Below are positions 47,851 through 57,217 of a DNA stretch of 64,000 nucleotides, piece by piece. The DNA is from Bacteroidota bacterium. GTDB taxonomy: Bacteria > Bacteroidota > Bacteroidia > Bacteroidales > UBA10428. Numbering within the stretch: position 1 is the stretch's first letter; each line of letters begins with the position of its first letter. The position numbers were made by a program, and so were the translations under genes. The stretch spans positions 2,494,562-2,558,561 of the forward strand of contig CP065006.1 in assembly GCA_016699695.1 (NCBI GenBank), read 5' to 3'. The notes below the pieces were generated by a model. It made no database searches and was not told the origin of the DNA. It saw only the letters and a program-made list of their open reading frames with translations.

Positions 47851-49491
47851 TTAAGCATTTAGTATTTGAAGAGCCTCATCATTGAGTGCTTCTGTCATAA
47901 ATGGTAAGCCAGTTACTTCTGCTGTTTCCCGGTTAGCGCTTATAAGGTCGCTTCGTTTGATTTCGTTCAGCCTGAATTTCCTCGCCCCTGCCATAAACTG
48001 TTGCAAGCCACCGGCAAGCTTGTCGGCATAACCGCACATGGCAACAGCTCCAAAAGGAATATTCTTCATTTCGTCTACTCCAACTTTGTTTTTTACCCAT
48101 TCCCATTCCGAAAAAATCTCTTCAGGATATTTACCATATTCGGTAACTGTAGGTGGAAGACTCTCCCAGTGGCCGCTCAATTCTGCTTTCCGATCAGGAT
48201 TTAGCACTGCTTCGATGTTACTACCCAGAAAACCTGCTATCATAGGGGCACGGCCCAGACAAACCAGTTTCGTATAAGGGGCTCCGAGAGCAAGCGCTTT
48301 AAAAATATGATCCTCACGGGCAAACCCTCCGGCAAAGGACAGATCCGGAACTTTTAACCCTCTTTTCTCCAGAATACAAGCATATTCGTATGCTTTCGAG
48401 TGGAGTGCAAGAGAAGGAATACCCCAATGCTGCATCATGTTCCAGGGACTCATACCCGTTCCGCCACCTGCACCGTCAATGGTTAGTAGGTCCATTTTGG
48501 CTTCAGCAGAAAAGCGCATAGCCATGGCCAGTCCTTCCATACCATAAGCACCTGTTTTAAGTGTAAGCCTTTTATAACCAAGGCTGCGCAGATAGCCCAC
48601 TGATTTCATAAATTCATCGTGTACTTCTTGTACAGTGTGTGCATGGGTCGAACCTAACCGACTATGTCTGGCAAAGGAAGTTACCGCTCGATTTTTATAT
48701 TTGGTCATTACCACAGGATCGTATGGATCTGGATCAACAATGTATCCTCTATCTTTTAAAAATTGGGCATATTCAATATCATTTACCTGAATTTCTCCAC
48801 CAATGTCTTTTGCTCCCTGCCCCCATTTAAGCTCGAGAATAACTTTATTTCCATACTTTTCTATCAGGTACTCGGCTACTCCATTTCGGGTATCTTCAAC
48901 ATTCATTTGTATAATGATAGCACCATAACCGTCGTAATAGCGCATGAAATATTCAATACGTCTTTCGAGTTCGGGGGCACTGGTAATTCGACCATTTTTA
49001 ATGACCGATTGTTTGTCGACACCTACTACATTTTCGCCGATTACGATGGGTATTCCTGCCAGAGCAGCACCAACAGCAAATGAAGGCCAGTATCGGGCAG
49101 CTATAAATGTTGATCCAAGAGCTCCGGTCATGATTGGTATTCGACATTTTGTTACAATCTCTCTTCCGAAAGCAGATTCAACGTTTACATTGGTAAAGGT
49201 GCAATCATCAGAATCTGTTGACATTCTCTCTGAAATCCCTGATGATCCATAAGGATATCCTTGAATTCGGATGGCATGATAGCCTAAACCTGTGGCTGTT
49301 AAATGATTTGCTCCAGAGGTAGAGTATCCAAATCGTCTAGGATACAACATTTTTCTGCCTTCCAGACATGATAACCATGTTTCACATTTTCCTTTACATG
49401 ATGAATCGCACAAGGTGCATAATCCAGATTCGCAGGGTACACCTCTGTTTGTTGCGCCCAGAGCATCGTTATTTTTTACCCAATTGATCAT
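47851..49491 (-). CDS. FMN-binding glutamate synthase family protein (stand-alone GltB FMN domain) with a Cys-rich N-terminus
   Basis: 546 aa. Central TIM-barrel GOGAT domain (LKWGQGAKDIGGE, IDGAGGGTG, FAGGFARED). N-terminal C20-x4-C-x2-C-x3-C-x3-C-x5-C42. Confidence 0.8.
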   Translation of the reverse strand: MINWVKNNDALGATNRGVPCESGLCTLCDSSCKGKCETWLSCLEGRKMLYPRRFGYSTSGANHLTATGLGYHAIRIQGYPYGSSGISERMSTDSDDCTFTNVNVESAFGREIVTKCRIPIMTGALGSTFIAARYWPSFAVGAALAGIPIVIGENVVGVDKQSVIKNGRITSAPELERRIEYFMRYYDGYGAIIIQMNVEDTRNGVAEYLIEKYGNKVILELKWGQGAKDIGGEIQVNDIEYAQFLKDRGYIVDPDPYDPVVMTKYKNRAVTSFARHSRLGSTHAHTVQEVHDEFMKSVGYLRSLGYKRLTLKTGAYGMEGLAMAMRFSAEAKMDLLTIDGAGGGTGMSPWNMMQHWGIPSLALHSKAYEYACILEKRGLKVPDLSFAGGFAREDHIFKALALGAPYTKLVCLGRAPMIAGFLGSNIEAVLNPDRKAELSGHWESLPPTVTEYGKYPEEIFSEWEWVKNKVGVDEMKNIPFGAVAMCGYADKLAGGLQQFMAGARKFRLNEIKRSDLISANRETAEVTGLPFMTEALNDEALQILNA

Positions 49492-49685
49492 AATAGTTTA
49501 ATGTTTTAGGTGTGCATTTATTTTAAAATCGAAAGCATAATTATACAATAAATCAATGAAAAGCAATTTTTTACTTACAGTTTTTTTTTTGGGCGCAAAA
49601 TCATGGAATCATTTTATAGTTATAATTTGGTGTTAGTATTCATGGGATTGAGCATTCTTTTCAAGGCATTTTATCTTTTGTTTGC

Positions 49686-49718
49686 AAAAAAAAAGCCTCC
49701 CATTTGGGAGGCTTTTTT
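49686..49718 (-). terminator. Rho-independent terminator after the GSII-type gene
   Basis: gcctccc-attt-gggaggc hairpin flanked by A9 and T6. Confidence 0.8.
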
Positions 49719-49749
49719 CAGTATTGCAATAGCTTCTAAAAGCAAAGTA

Positions 49750-50763
49750 TTAATTTTTAAGTGCGCTCTTTACTGTTTTCACGATGCGCGAGGCTACTTT
49801 GTATGGATCTGCATTCGATGCAGGACGACGATCTTCCAGACGACCTTTCCATCCATTTTCAACAGTGCTGATCGGAATACGGATAGAAGCACCACGGTCA
49901 GAAACGCCAAAGCTGAAGCGGTCGATCGATTGTGTTTCATGGCGACCGGTAAGTCTTTTTTCATTGTCGGCACCATACACTTCAATATGCTCTTTAATGA
50001 ATTTTCCAAATTCATTGCAGATTTTAGTGAAAACTTTTTCGTCACCGCAAGTTCTCATCAAGCCGTTTGAGAAGTTGGCATGCATACCCGATCCGTTCCA
50101 GTCACCATCTACTGGCTTTGGGTGGAGGTTAACACGTACACCATATTTTTCTCCAACGCGCTCTGCCAGATAACGGCCGATCCATGTCTGGTCGCCGGCG
50201 GCTTTCGCACCTTTGGCAAAAATCTGGTATTCCCACTGTCCTTTTAATACTTCAGCATTGATACCTTCGATGTTTAATCCGGCTTCGATGCAAGCATCAA
50301 GGTGTTCTTCAACAATGTTGCGGCCTACGTTAAATTCAGCACCTACCGAGCAATAAAATGGTCCTTGTGGGGGAGGATAATAACCTGGAGCAGGGAATCC
50401 AAGTGGGGTGTGGTGATCAAGGTCCCACAATACATATTCCTGTTCGAAACCAAACCAGAAATCTTCATCGTTGTCGTCGATGGTAGCACGTCCATTGCTG
50501 GAGTGGGGCGATCCATCGGGGTTTAATACTTCAGTCATTACCAAGTAACCGTCTTTACGTTGCGGATCAACGCAGATAAATACAGGTTTCAACAGGCAAT
50601 CTGAACTGTGACCATCGGCCTGGCCGGTGGATGAACCATCGAACGACCACATTGGGCAATCCTCTAATTTTCCGCTGAAATCAGACACAACCAGGGTCTT
50701 GCTCCTCATTGTCTGTGTTGGTTTATAACCATCCAGCCAGATGTACTCTAATTTTGCTTTCAT
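49750..50763 (-). CDS. Glutamine synthetase, short type II-like form
   Basis: 337 aa, MKAKLEYIWLDGYKPTQTMRSKT N-terminus and GS catalytic-domain blocks (FGFEQEY, GSGMHANFS). Confidence 0.85.
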   Translation of the reverse strand: MKAKLEYIWLDGYKPTQTMRSKTLVVSDFSGKLEDCPMWSFDGSSTGQADGHSSDCLLKPVFICVDPQRKDGYLVMTEVLNPDGSPHSSNGRATIDDNDEDFWFGFEQEYVLWDLDHHTPLGFPAPGYYPPPQGPFYCSVGAEFNVGRNIVEEHLDACIEAGLNIEGINAEVLKGQWEYQIFAKGAKAAGDQTWIGRYLAERVGEKYGVRVNLHPKPVDGDWNGSGMHANFSNGLMRTCGDEKVFTKICNEFGKFIKEHIEVYGADNEKRLTGRHETQSIDRFSFGVSDRGASIRIPISTVENGWKGRLEDRRPASNADPYKVASRIVKTVKSALKN

Positions 50764-51206
50764 CTCGAACTAATTATAAGTTATAAATTATAAATTTTGA
50801 TAATCTGCGACAAATATATAACTATTTCTTAAAAAGTAAAAGAAAAATAAGTCTATATATAAAAAAATAATATTTATTTGAATAATATGTGTAATATAGG
50901 AAGTATGGGGGTAATAAATAGGGGGGGTATTGTTAAAAAGAATATAATTCGATGGAATTTCTATTTTGAAAGCTTTTTCATTCAGCATCTTTTTTTTACA
51001 ATTTGGAAATAATATTGGGTTCTTACTTTTATTTGAAATAGACTAAACTTCAATTCTTTGGTTTAAAGTGTAGTTTTATTTCTGGAATTTTTTCGATTCC
51101 ATAATAAAATCGATCTATTTCGGTTTTTTTACAGATGGTTAATAACAAAGCAGTTATTTTGTTCAAAAACCTTTAAATTTACTCCATCATAAAAAGATTT
51201 AAACCT

Positions 51207-53195
51207 ATGAGGTTATTTGCATTGCTCTTTATTTATGGCTTCTTTTTATTAGCGGCAGCGCCTGTCAATGCCCAGAACAAAGCCTATATCAAAGCATATG
51301 AGGCATACAATGCCGGTGAGTACAACAAGGCCATCGATTTATTTAAAGAGGCTTATGAGCGCATTACCGATAAAGAAGAGAAATCGAAAATAGTTTTTCA
51401 CATTGCCGAATGTTACCGTCGCACCAATAATCCGAAACAAGCTGCGCTATGGTACAGCAAGGCAATCTCTAAAGACAACTCAAACCCTATTGCCTACCTG
51501 TATTTTGCCGATATGCTTAAAATGAATGGGGATTACGAAGAAGCAAAGGTGCAATACAATGCCTATAAGGAGCTTGTTCCTTCCGACTCAAGAGGTACCG
51601 AAGGAATTAAATCCTGCAACATGGCTATCGAGTGGATGGAATACCCCAACGGCTATAATGTAACTGAAATGCGCTTCATTAATTCCAAGTTCAACGATTT
51701 TTCACCAGCCTTTTATACTGAAGATTATCGTGGAATAGTTTTTACCTCTTCGAGAGAAGAGGTAACCGGTAAAAAGGATCATGGTGGCACCGGACAAGGA
51801 TTCACCGATATTTTTGTAACTACACAGGACCGCAAAGGAAAATGGAGCACACCAGTTCCTCTGGGAGCAGAAGTAAATACCGATTTTGAGGAAGGAAGCC
51901 CTGTATTAAACAACAACTATTCGGTAATGTATTTTTCACGTTGCCAGGTTAGCAGTAACAAAACTTTAGGTTGCGCAATTTATGAGGCATCATTAAAGAA
52001 CGAAGAATGGACGAAAGTTAAATCGCTCGAGTTGGCTGACGATAGCGTGCTTATTACCCACCCTGCAATTTCTGCCGATGAATTGTCTCTTTTTTTTGTT
52101 TCTGATATGAAGGGAAGTATGGTCGGAGACAATGGCAAACCCAGTACTGATATCTGGATGGTAAGCCGTAGCTCGATAGACGATAAATGGAGTGAACCGG
52201 TCAATTTAGGTGAACGCATTAATACCAATGCTACAGAAGCCTTTCCTTATATGCACCCCGATGGTACGCTTTATTTTTCATCCAACGGCCATCCTGGTAT
52301 GGGGGGGCTGGATATTTTTAAGGCCAAAAAGAGCACAGACGGCAAATGGGAAATAGAAAATATGCGTTATCCCATCAACAGCTCATCAGATGATTTTGGT
52401 ATCTGTTTCGAACGTGATCGGGAAGCTGGGTACCTGAGTTCGACCCGAAAGGGAAAGGTAGACGATATCTATGCATTTGTCCTGCCTCCTCTGAAATTTT
52501 CAATTACCGGAGTTGTAAAAGACGAAAAAACCGATAACCCTATCAATGGCGCTAAGGTTAAATCGATTGGTAGTGATGGACTTACTGTCGAAGCCACTAC
52601 CTCATCCGATGGTTCGTTCAAGTTTATGCTGAAACCAGCTACCGATTATGTGTTTGTGGCCAAGCAGAATGGATACCTGCAGGGCAAAGAACGAGAAACC
52701 ACCAAGAATCTGGAAGGTAGTACCGATTTTACTACCGTGATTTATCTGGCTCCTATCGACAAACCAATTACTGTTGAAAACATATTCTTCGACTTTGCAA
52801 GTGCCGATTTGCGGCCGGAATCTATGGTCTCGCTTGATAAGCTGGTTGAAACCCTGAATGATAACCCTACCATCATTATCGAGCTAAGCTCCCATACCGA
52901 CTCACGTGGTAACGATCAGTTTAATCTTGATTTATCGCAACAAAGAGCACAATCGGTAGTGAATTACCTTATCTCGAAAAATATCAAACCAGAACGTCTT
53001 GTGGCAAAAGGTTATGGCGAAACTCAACCCAAAGTAGTCGATCGCCGCGATAACGAGGCTTATCCCTTCTTAAACGAAGGCCAGGTAATTACCGATGAAC
53101 TTATTTCTACTATAAGCGATGAGGATTTGCAGGAAGTAGCTCATTTTCTCAATCGCCGTACCGAGTTTAAGGTTTTGCGTACCGATTTTAAATAG
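51207..53195 (+). CDS. OmpA family protein with TPR, TolB-like beta-propeller and CarboxypepD_reg-like domains
   Basis: 662 aa with a signal peptide. C-terminal OmpA motif NIFFDFASADL...SSHTDSRGNDQFNLDLSQQRAQSVVNYL. Confidence 0.85.
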   Translation: MRLFALLFIYGFFLLAAAPVNAQNKAYIKAYEAYNAGEYNKAIDLFKEAYERITDKEEKSKIVFHIAECYRRTNNPKQAALWYSKAISKDNSNPIAYLYFADMLKMNGDYEEAKVQYNAYKELVPSDSRGTEGIKSCNMAIEWMEYPNGYNVTEMRFINSKFNDFSPAFYTEDYRGIVFTSSREEVTGKKDHGGTGQGFTDIFVTTQDRKGKWSTPVPLGAEVNTDFEEGSPVLNNNYSVMYFSRCQVSSNKTLGCAIYEASLKNEEWTKVKSLELADDSVLITHPAISADELSLFFVSDMKGSMVGDNGKPSTDIWMVSRSSIDDKWSEPVNLGERINTNATEAFPYMHPDGTLYFSSNGHPGMGGLDIFKAKKSTDGKWEIENMRYPINSSSDDFGICFERDREAGYLSSTRKGKVDDIYAFVLPPLKFSITGVVKDEKTDNPINGAKVKSIGSDGLTVEATTSSDGSFKFMLKPATDYVFVAKQNGYLQGKERETTKNLEGSTDFTTVIYLAPIDKPITVENIFFDFASADLRPESMVSLDKLVETLNDNPTIIIELSSHTDSRGNDQFNLDLSQQRAQSVVNYLISKNIKPERLVAKGYGETQPKVVDRRDNEAYPFLNEGQVITDELISTISDEDLQEVAHFLNRRTEFKVLRTDFK

Positions 53196-53218
53196 CGGGC
53201 ATTTTTCTTTCAGCCAGG

Positions 53219-55366
53219 CTAAAAGGAATAGCTTAAAACAACAAAAAGCTTTTGTGTGTAATCTATTATTCCTTTGTCTGCAAACCTGTTAAGGGTGGTA
53301 ACCGGATAATGGATTTCGGAATTGAGCACATTCGTGCAACGAAGGTTTAGCATCATATTCTTTACAGGTAAATCGCTGAGAATTATGCCTGCATCCAGAA
53401 ACCCCGAAGCTTTTGTTTGTTCACCCAGCCAGGTGTTGGTTCTATGATCGTAATCGGAATACATAGCACCGATGGCATTTCCGGTTACATATAATGCAAT
53501 TTTTGGAGCAAAAGCATAGGATATAGTCATGTATCCACAATAGTCCGGTGAATAGGGAACGGGCACTTTTGTCAGGCCTGGCGTTTCGTTTTCCGAGTTT
53601 TGCACTAATCCACTTAAAATAATTGTCATGTTTCTGATGGGTTCTGCTCTTAACGAGAATTCGCCCCCTGTAGTTTTAATCTTTCCTTTGTTCGAAGTAT
53701 AGTAAACAGTGATGCTGTCAGAGACACCAAGAAAATATTGAGATATGAGGTTGGAAAGATCGTTATAGAAAAGACTGAGTTGTAAAGAGAATTTCTCGAA
53801 ATAGATGCCAGAGTAGTTTATTTCTAGGGTTTTAATTTCCGAGGGAACTAAAAGAGGAAAATTCGCCAGTGTATCCTGGCTGTCGGAGAAAAGTATATCG
53901 GCGAGCTGTCCCATAGGTGGATAGCGTAATGCTTCTCCATAAAGCATTTTTATGGTATGCTTTTCGAAAGGCTTGATAAGAATTGCCAGGCTTGGAATAG
54001 TATGGATTTTTTCTTCCTTGTACGAATTTTCATAATGTTCCCTGCCATTGCTTATCAGAGGATCGCCGCCTGAAACTTCGTAATTGTAGGGAACCATATA
54101 TTGCAACCGTATTCCTGCAACCAGAGTTACAGGCTTGAAGGGTGAATAACTAAGTTGTGTATAACCCGCATAGTCAATCATGCGAGAATCGATTTCCAGC
54201 CTCGAAAGATGGTTACCATAAGGAATACCCCAGACGGCTTCCATTTCGGCAGGGTTGGTGGCATGAAAAACATTTCGTTGTACCAATCCGAATGTAATGT
54301 CGAGCTGAGGAGTTGGTTGTATGAATGATAACAATTCGAGCTCGTACGCATCGGAATTATATCCAAATGTGAGGTAAGAGTTTTTTTCATTTACAAAATA
54401 GTGCGACATGGCACTGGTAGTAAGGTAGCTAAATTTTAGTTTGGCCGATATCAGGTCGTTAAAGCTATGCTGATACGAAGCTCCAAAATTGGTGCTATGT
54501 CTTTTCGAGGGCGAATACTCCACGGTCGGTTGCACTAAAAATCCCCCTCGCTCCACCTCGCTGTGCGCCATGTCTATATTCAAACCCTTAAAGGCTGCAT
54601 TCATATTAAAATATACTTGTTTGTCTTTGAGCATTCCTTCTGTTGTCGATTGTGGATTTAAACCCCAGGCTGAAAGTTTGGAAGGGTCCGACATCATTTT
54701 ATTGTATGGTACATTCATGCCCTCAGTTTGATATACTGATCCGGTGATGCCGATCTGCAACTCTTCGGCAGTGTGATTGAGTTGAGTGGTGAATTTTTTT
54801 GTTTGATTACTACCTATCATGAGGGATGCAATATTTTCAGAATTCGATTCCTGGTCGTCTGTAATAATATTTATGACGCCAAAAAAAGCTCCGCTACCAT
54901 ATAATACCGACATGGGGCCCCGTATAACTTCAATACGGTCAATGGCCTCCACAGGCACTGCAACCTTGGTAAGCAGGTATTCGTTGTAAACACCTTCTAC
55001 CTGATTTATTCCATTCACTAAAATGATAATGTTGTCTGAACTGGTATATCCCCTTACTCCAATGTTAATCCGGCCTCTCACATGATAATCGTCCCAAAGG
55101 TATAGACCTGGCACTTGGTTAAGCACTTCTTTAAGTGTGGTGTACCCGAACTTTTGTATATCCTGGCGTGTAATAATTACCACACTGGCAGGTATGCTTT
55201 CAATTTTTTGTTCTTTTTTTCCAGCAGCTTGTACCTTGATTGCAGCCAGGTCGTTAAGCGATAGATCGAATATCTGGCTTAACATGAGGCTGTCTGTATC
55301 CTGGCTTTTGCCTGCTGTTTGAATATATAGCAGGATAAGAATCAGAAGCAAATGTTGGAGTTTCAT
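53219..55366 (-). CDS. TonB-dependent receptor
   Basis: 715 aa. Signal peptide, plug domain (IEVIRGPMSVLYGSGAFFGVINIIT), and a long beta-barrel ending in ...VLSYSF. Confidence 0.85.
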   Translation of the reverse strand: MKLQHLLLILILLYIQTAGKSQDTDSLMLSQIFDLSLNDLAAIKVQAAGKKEQKIESIPASVVIITRQDIQKFGYTTLKEVLNQVPGLYLWDDYHVRGRINIGVRGYTSSDNIIILVNGINQVEGVYNEYLLTKVAVPVEAIDRIEVIRGPMSVLYGSGAFFGVINIITDDQESNSENIASLMIGSNQTKKFTTQLNHTAEELQIGITGSVYQTEGMNVPYNKMMSDPSKLSAWGLNPQSTTEGMLKDKQVYFNMNAAFKGLNIDMAHSEVERGGFLVQPTVEYSPSKRHSTNFGASYQHSFNDLISAKLKFSYLTTSAMSHYFVNEKNSYLTFGYNSDAYELELLSFIQPTPQLDITFGLVQRNVFHATNPAEMEAVWGIPYGNHLSRLEIDSRMIDYAGYTQLSYSPFKPVTLVAGIRLQYMVPYNYEVSGGDPLISNGREHYENSYKEEKIHTIPSLAILIKPFEKHTIKMLYGEALRYPPMGQLADILFSDSQDTLANFPLLVPSEIKTLEINYSGIYFEKFSLQLSLFYNDLSNLISQYFLGVSDSITVYYTSNKGKIKTTGGEFSLRAEPIRNMTIILSGLVQNSENETPGLTKVPVPYSPDYCGYMTISYAFAPKIALYVTGNAIGAMYSDYDHRTNTWLGEQTKASGFLDAGIILSDLPVKNMMLNLRCTNVLNSEIHYPVTTLNRFADKGIIDYTQKLFVVLSYSF

Positions 55367-55488
55367 AGCAGAGAGGCTTAATTACTCATAAGTTACAAAA
55401 TTATTTTGTTTGCCTAATTGGACCTCCGCCTTTTTTAAAATTTTAAATGATCGAATTAATGTTTAGGTTGAAGCATTTATTGATGCAA

Positions 55489-55995
55489 TCAAAATACCGA
55501 TAGAGTTTTTATTCCGGCCGCTTCAATTACATTTTTTAGAATGTTCTGATGTAGTGGATTTGAAAGGCTATTGGAAAGTATCAGTGTTACATGCTCAGGT
55601 TTTTTGTGAAAGATAAAGCGTAAAACCTTATTGATATTGGGTTCGCTAAGAGAGAGGTGGATAGTTCCTTCAGGTGTGATGTATTCCTCAACCTCAAAAA
55701 TAGAATCATTGAATTGCGGAATCAGCCTTGAGATAATTTCTTTGCATCCTTTTGTTGTAATAATTACTTGTTTCTGCAGGGCGGGTTGCTTTTCAGAGAA
55801 GGATTCAGGAAAAACAAGACAATGCCGACGGTGCTTAAAACCTTTATTAAGGAAAAAAATCAACTCAGAGGAGGGAACTGCTGTTTGCGAAAAACTTTTC
55901 CACGCAATTTTTTCACCTTTTCGAGTAAAATGACAATAGTACCATTTCAGTTTATCCTGTTTCAGAATAATATCAGGCAATTTTTCTGATTCCAT
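55489..55995 (-). CDS. Hypothetical protein, no recognisable domain
   Basis: 168-aa ORF, the longest in this interval, on the same strand as the TonB-dependent receptor and 122 nt upstream of it. No signal peptide or TM. Confidence 0.5.
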   Translation of the reverse strand: MESEKLPDIILKQDKLKWYYCHFTRKGEKIAWKSFSQTAVPSSELIFFLNKGFKHRRHCLVFPESFSEKQPALQKQVIITTKGCKEIISRLIPQFNDSIFEVEEYITPEGTIHLSLSEPNINKVLRFIFHKKPEHVTLILSNSLSNPLHQNILKNVIEAAGIKTLSVF

Positions 55996-56157
55996 AAAGC
56001 GAGGTTTCTATATCAAGGCAACAACGATAAATAAAGTTAAACAATCTGTTGCAGAACTATTCAAATCTGTTGGTTGTTTGAGATTTTAACTGTAACAAAT
56101 GTTGTATTCTCTGCTGGTTTTTTGTACCTTATCCTAACCTTATAAAACCAAAATACT

Positions 56158-57156
56158 ATGAAAAATAATACAACACACCTTCTGATTCTATTCCTTGCGG
56201 TTTTGTTATTTTCAGCTTGTGAAAGAACTGTAAAGGTAGGCTTTTTAATGGATGAGTCGGTTACCGGCAGATGGGCAAAGGACAAGGAATTGTTTACCAG
56301 GTATATTCAGGAGCAAGGTGCAGAGGTAATCTGCATGGCTGCAGAAATGGATATGGAGAAGCAGTATCAGCTTGCGCAGGAAATGCTTGATATGGATATT
56401 GATGTACTCGTGTTGGTTCCTACCGATATGAACGAGGCTGCCAAAATTGTTTTACTGGCACATAAAAAGGGCATTCGGGTTATTTCCTACGATAGGCTTA
56501 CCAAAAACTGTGGTCTGGACTATTACATTTCTTTCGACCATGTGAATGTTGGTGAAATACAAGCCGAATACCTTACTTCAGCTTGCCCTAAGGGTAAATA
56601 TGCCTTGTTGGGGGGCGCACAAAATGACAATAATTCAATGTTACTTCGGCTTGGGCAGTTGAATGTGCTTCAACCTCTTATTGATAAAGGGGATATTCAA
56701 ATTACCTATGACAATTATGCAAATTCATGGACAATTGAAGAAGGTTACCGGATGATGAAAGAGTGCCTTAAAGTATCGCCTGACGTGACAGCTGTGATTG
56801 CTGCGAACGATCGCTTAGCTACAGGGGCAAATCTGGCTCTTGCTGAGTTAAGAAAAGAAAAAAACGTATGCCTGGCGGGCATGGATGCTGATTTGGAAGC
56901 GTGCCAGCGGATTATTGCAGGTACCCAAAATATGACGGTATATAAACCCATAGAAGCCATTGCTTTTAAAGCCGCTGAGGTGGCTCTTCAAATAGCCAGC
57001 GAAGACAATGCCCCTAACATGAATCTCTCGGTGAATAATGGGTTTAAGCAAGTTCCTTCGATTTTATTGCCTGCTATGGCCGTGAGCCTGGAAACCATTG
57101 AACTAACAGTAGTGGCAGATGGATATCTTCAACAAAATAATCTTTGGAAAAAATAA
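56158..57156 (+). CDS. Periplasmic sugar-binding lipoprotein, XylF (D-xylose-binding protein)-like
   Basis: 332 aa with lipobox LLFSAC. Collinear similarity by eye to E. coli XylF blocks (ERWxKD, DVLVxxP, YDRL, DYYISFD, VGExQA, GGxxxDNN, AANDxxAxGA, GxDADL, RIxAGTQxMTVYKPI). Confidence 0.8.
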   Translation: MKNNTTHLLILFLAVLLFSACERTVKVGFLMDESVTGRWAKDKELFTRYIQEQGAEVICMAAEMDMEKQYQLAQEMLDMDIDVLVLVPTDMNEAAKIVLLAHKKGIRVISYDRLTKNCGLDYYISFDHVNVGEIQAEYLTSACPKGKYALLGGAQNDNNSMLLRLGQLNVLQPLIDKGDIQITYDNYANSWTIEEGYRMMKECLKVSPDVTAVIAANDRLATGANLALAELRKEKNVCLAGMDADLEACQRIIAGTQNMTVYKPIEAIAFKAAEVALQIASEDNAPNMNLSVNNGFKQVPSILLPAMAVSLETIELTVVADGYLQQNNLWKK

Positions 57157-57181
57157 ATTCTTGCTTGTTGTGACAAACAAA

Positions 57182-57217
57182 ACACCCCGTTAGTAGGACC
57201 TATCGGGGTGTTTTTTT
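57182..57217. terminator. Bidirectional rho-independent terminator
   Basis: acaccccg-N14-cggggtgt followed by T7. It lies between convergent genes, and the T tract overlaps the nadE stop codon. Confidence 0.8.

Noticed and set aside
49603-50173. Plus-strand ORFs of 155 aa and 129 aa overlapping the GSII-type gene and its terminator
   Set aside because: They are antisense to a well-supported GS gene, and one runs through the terminator hairpin. There are no motifs; they are frame shadows.
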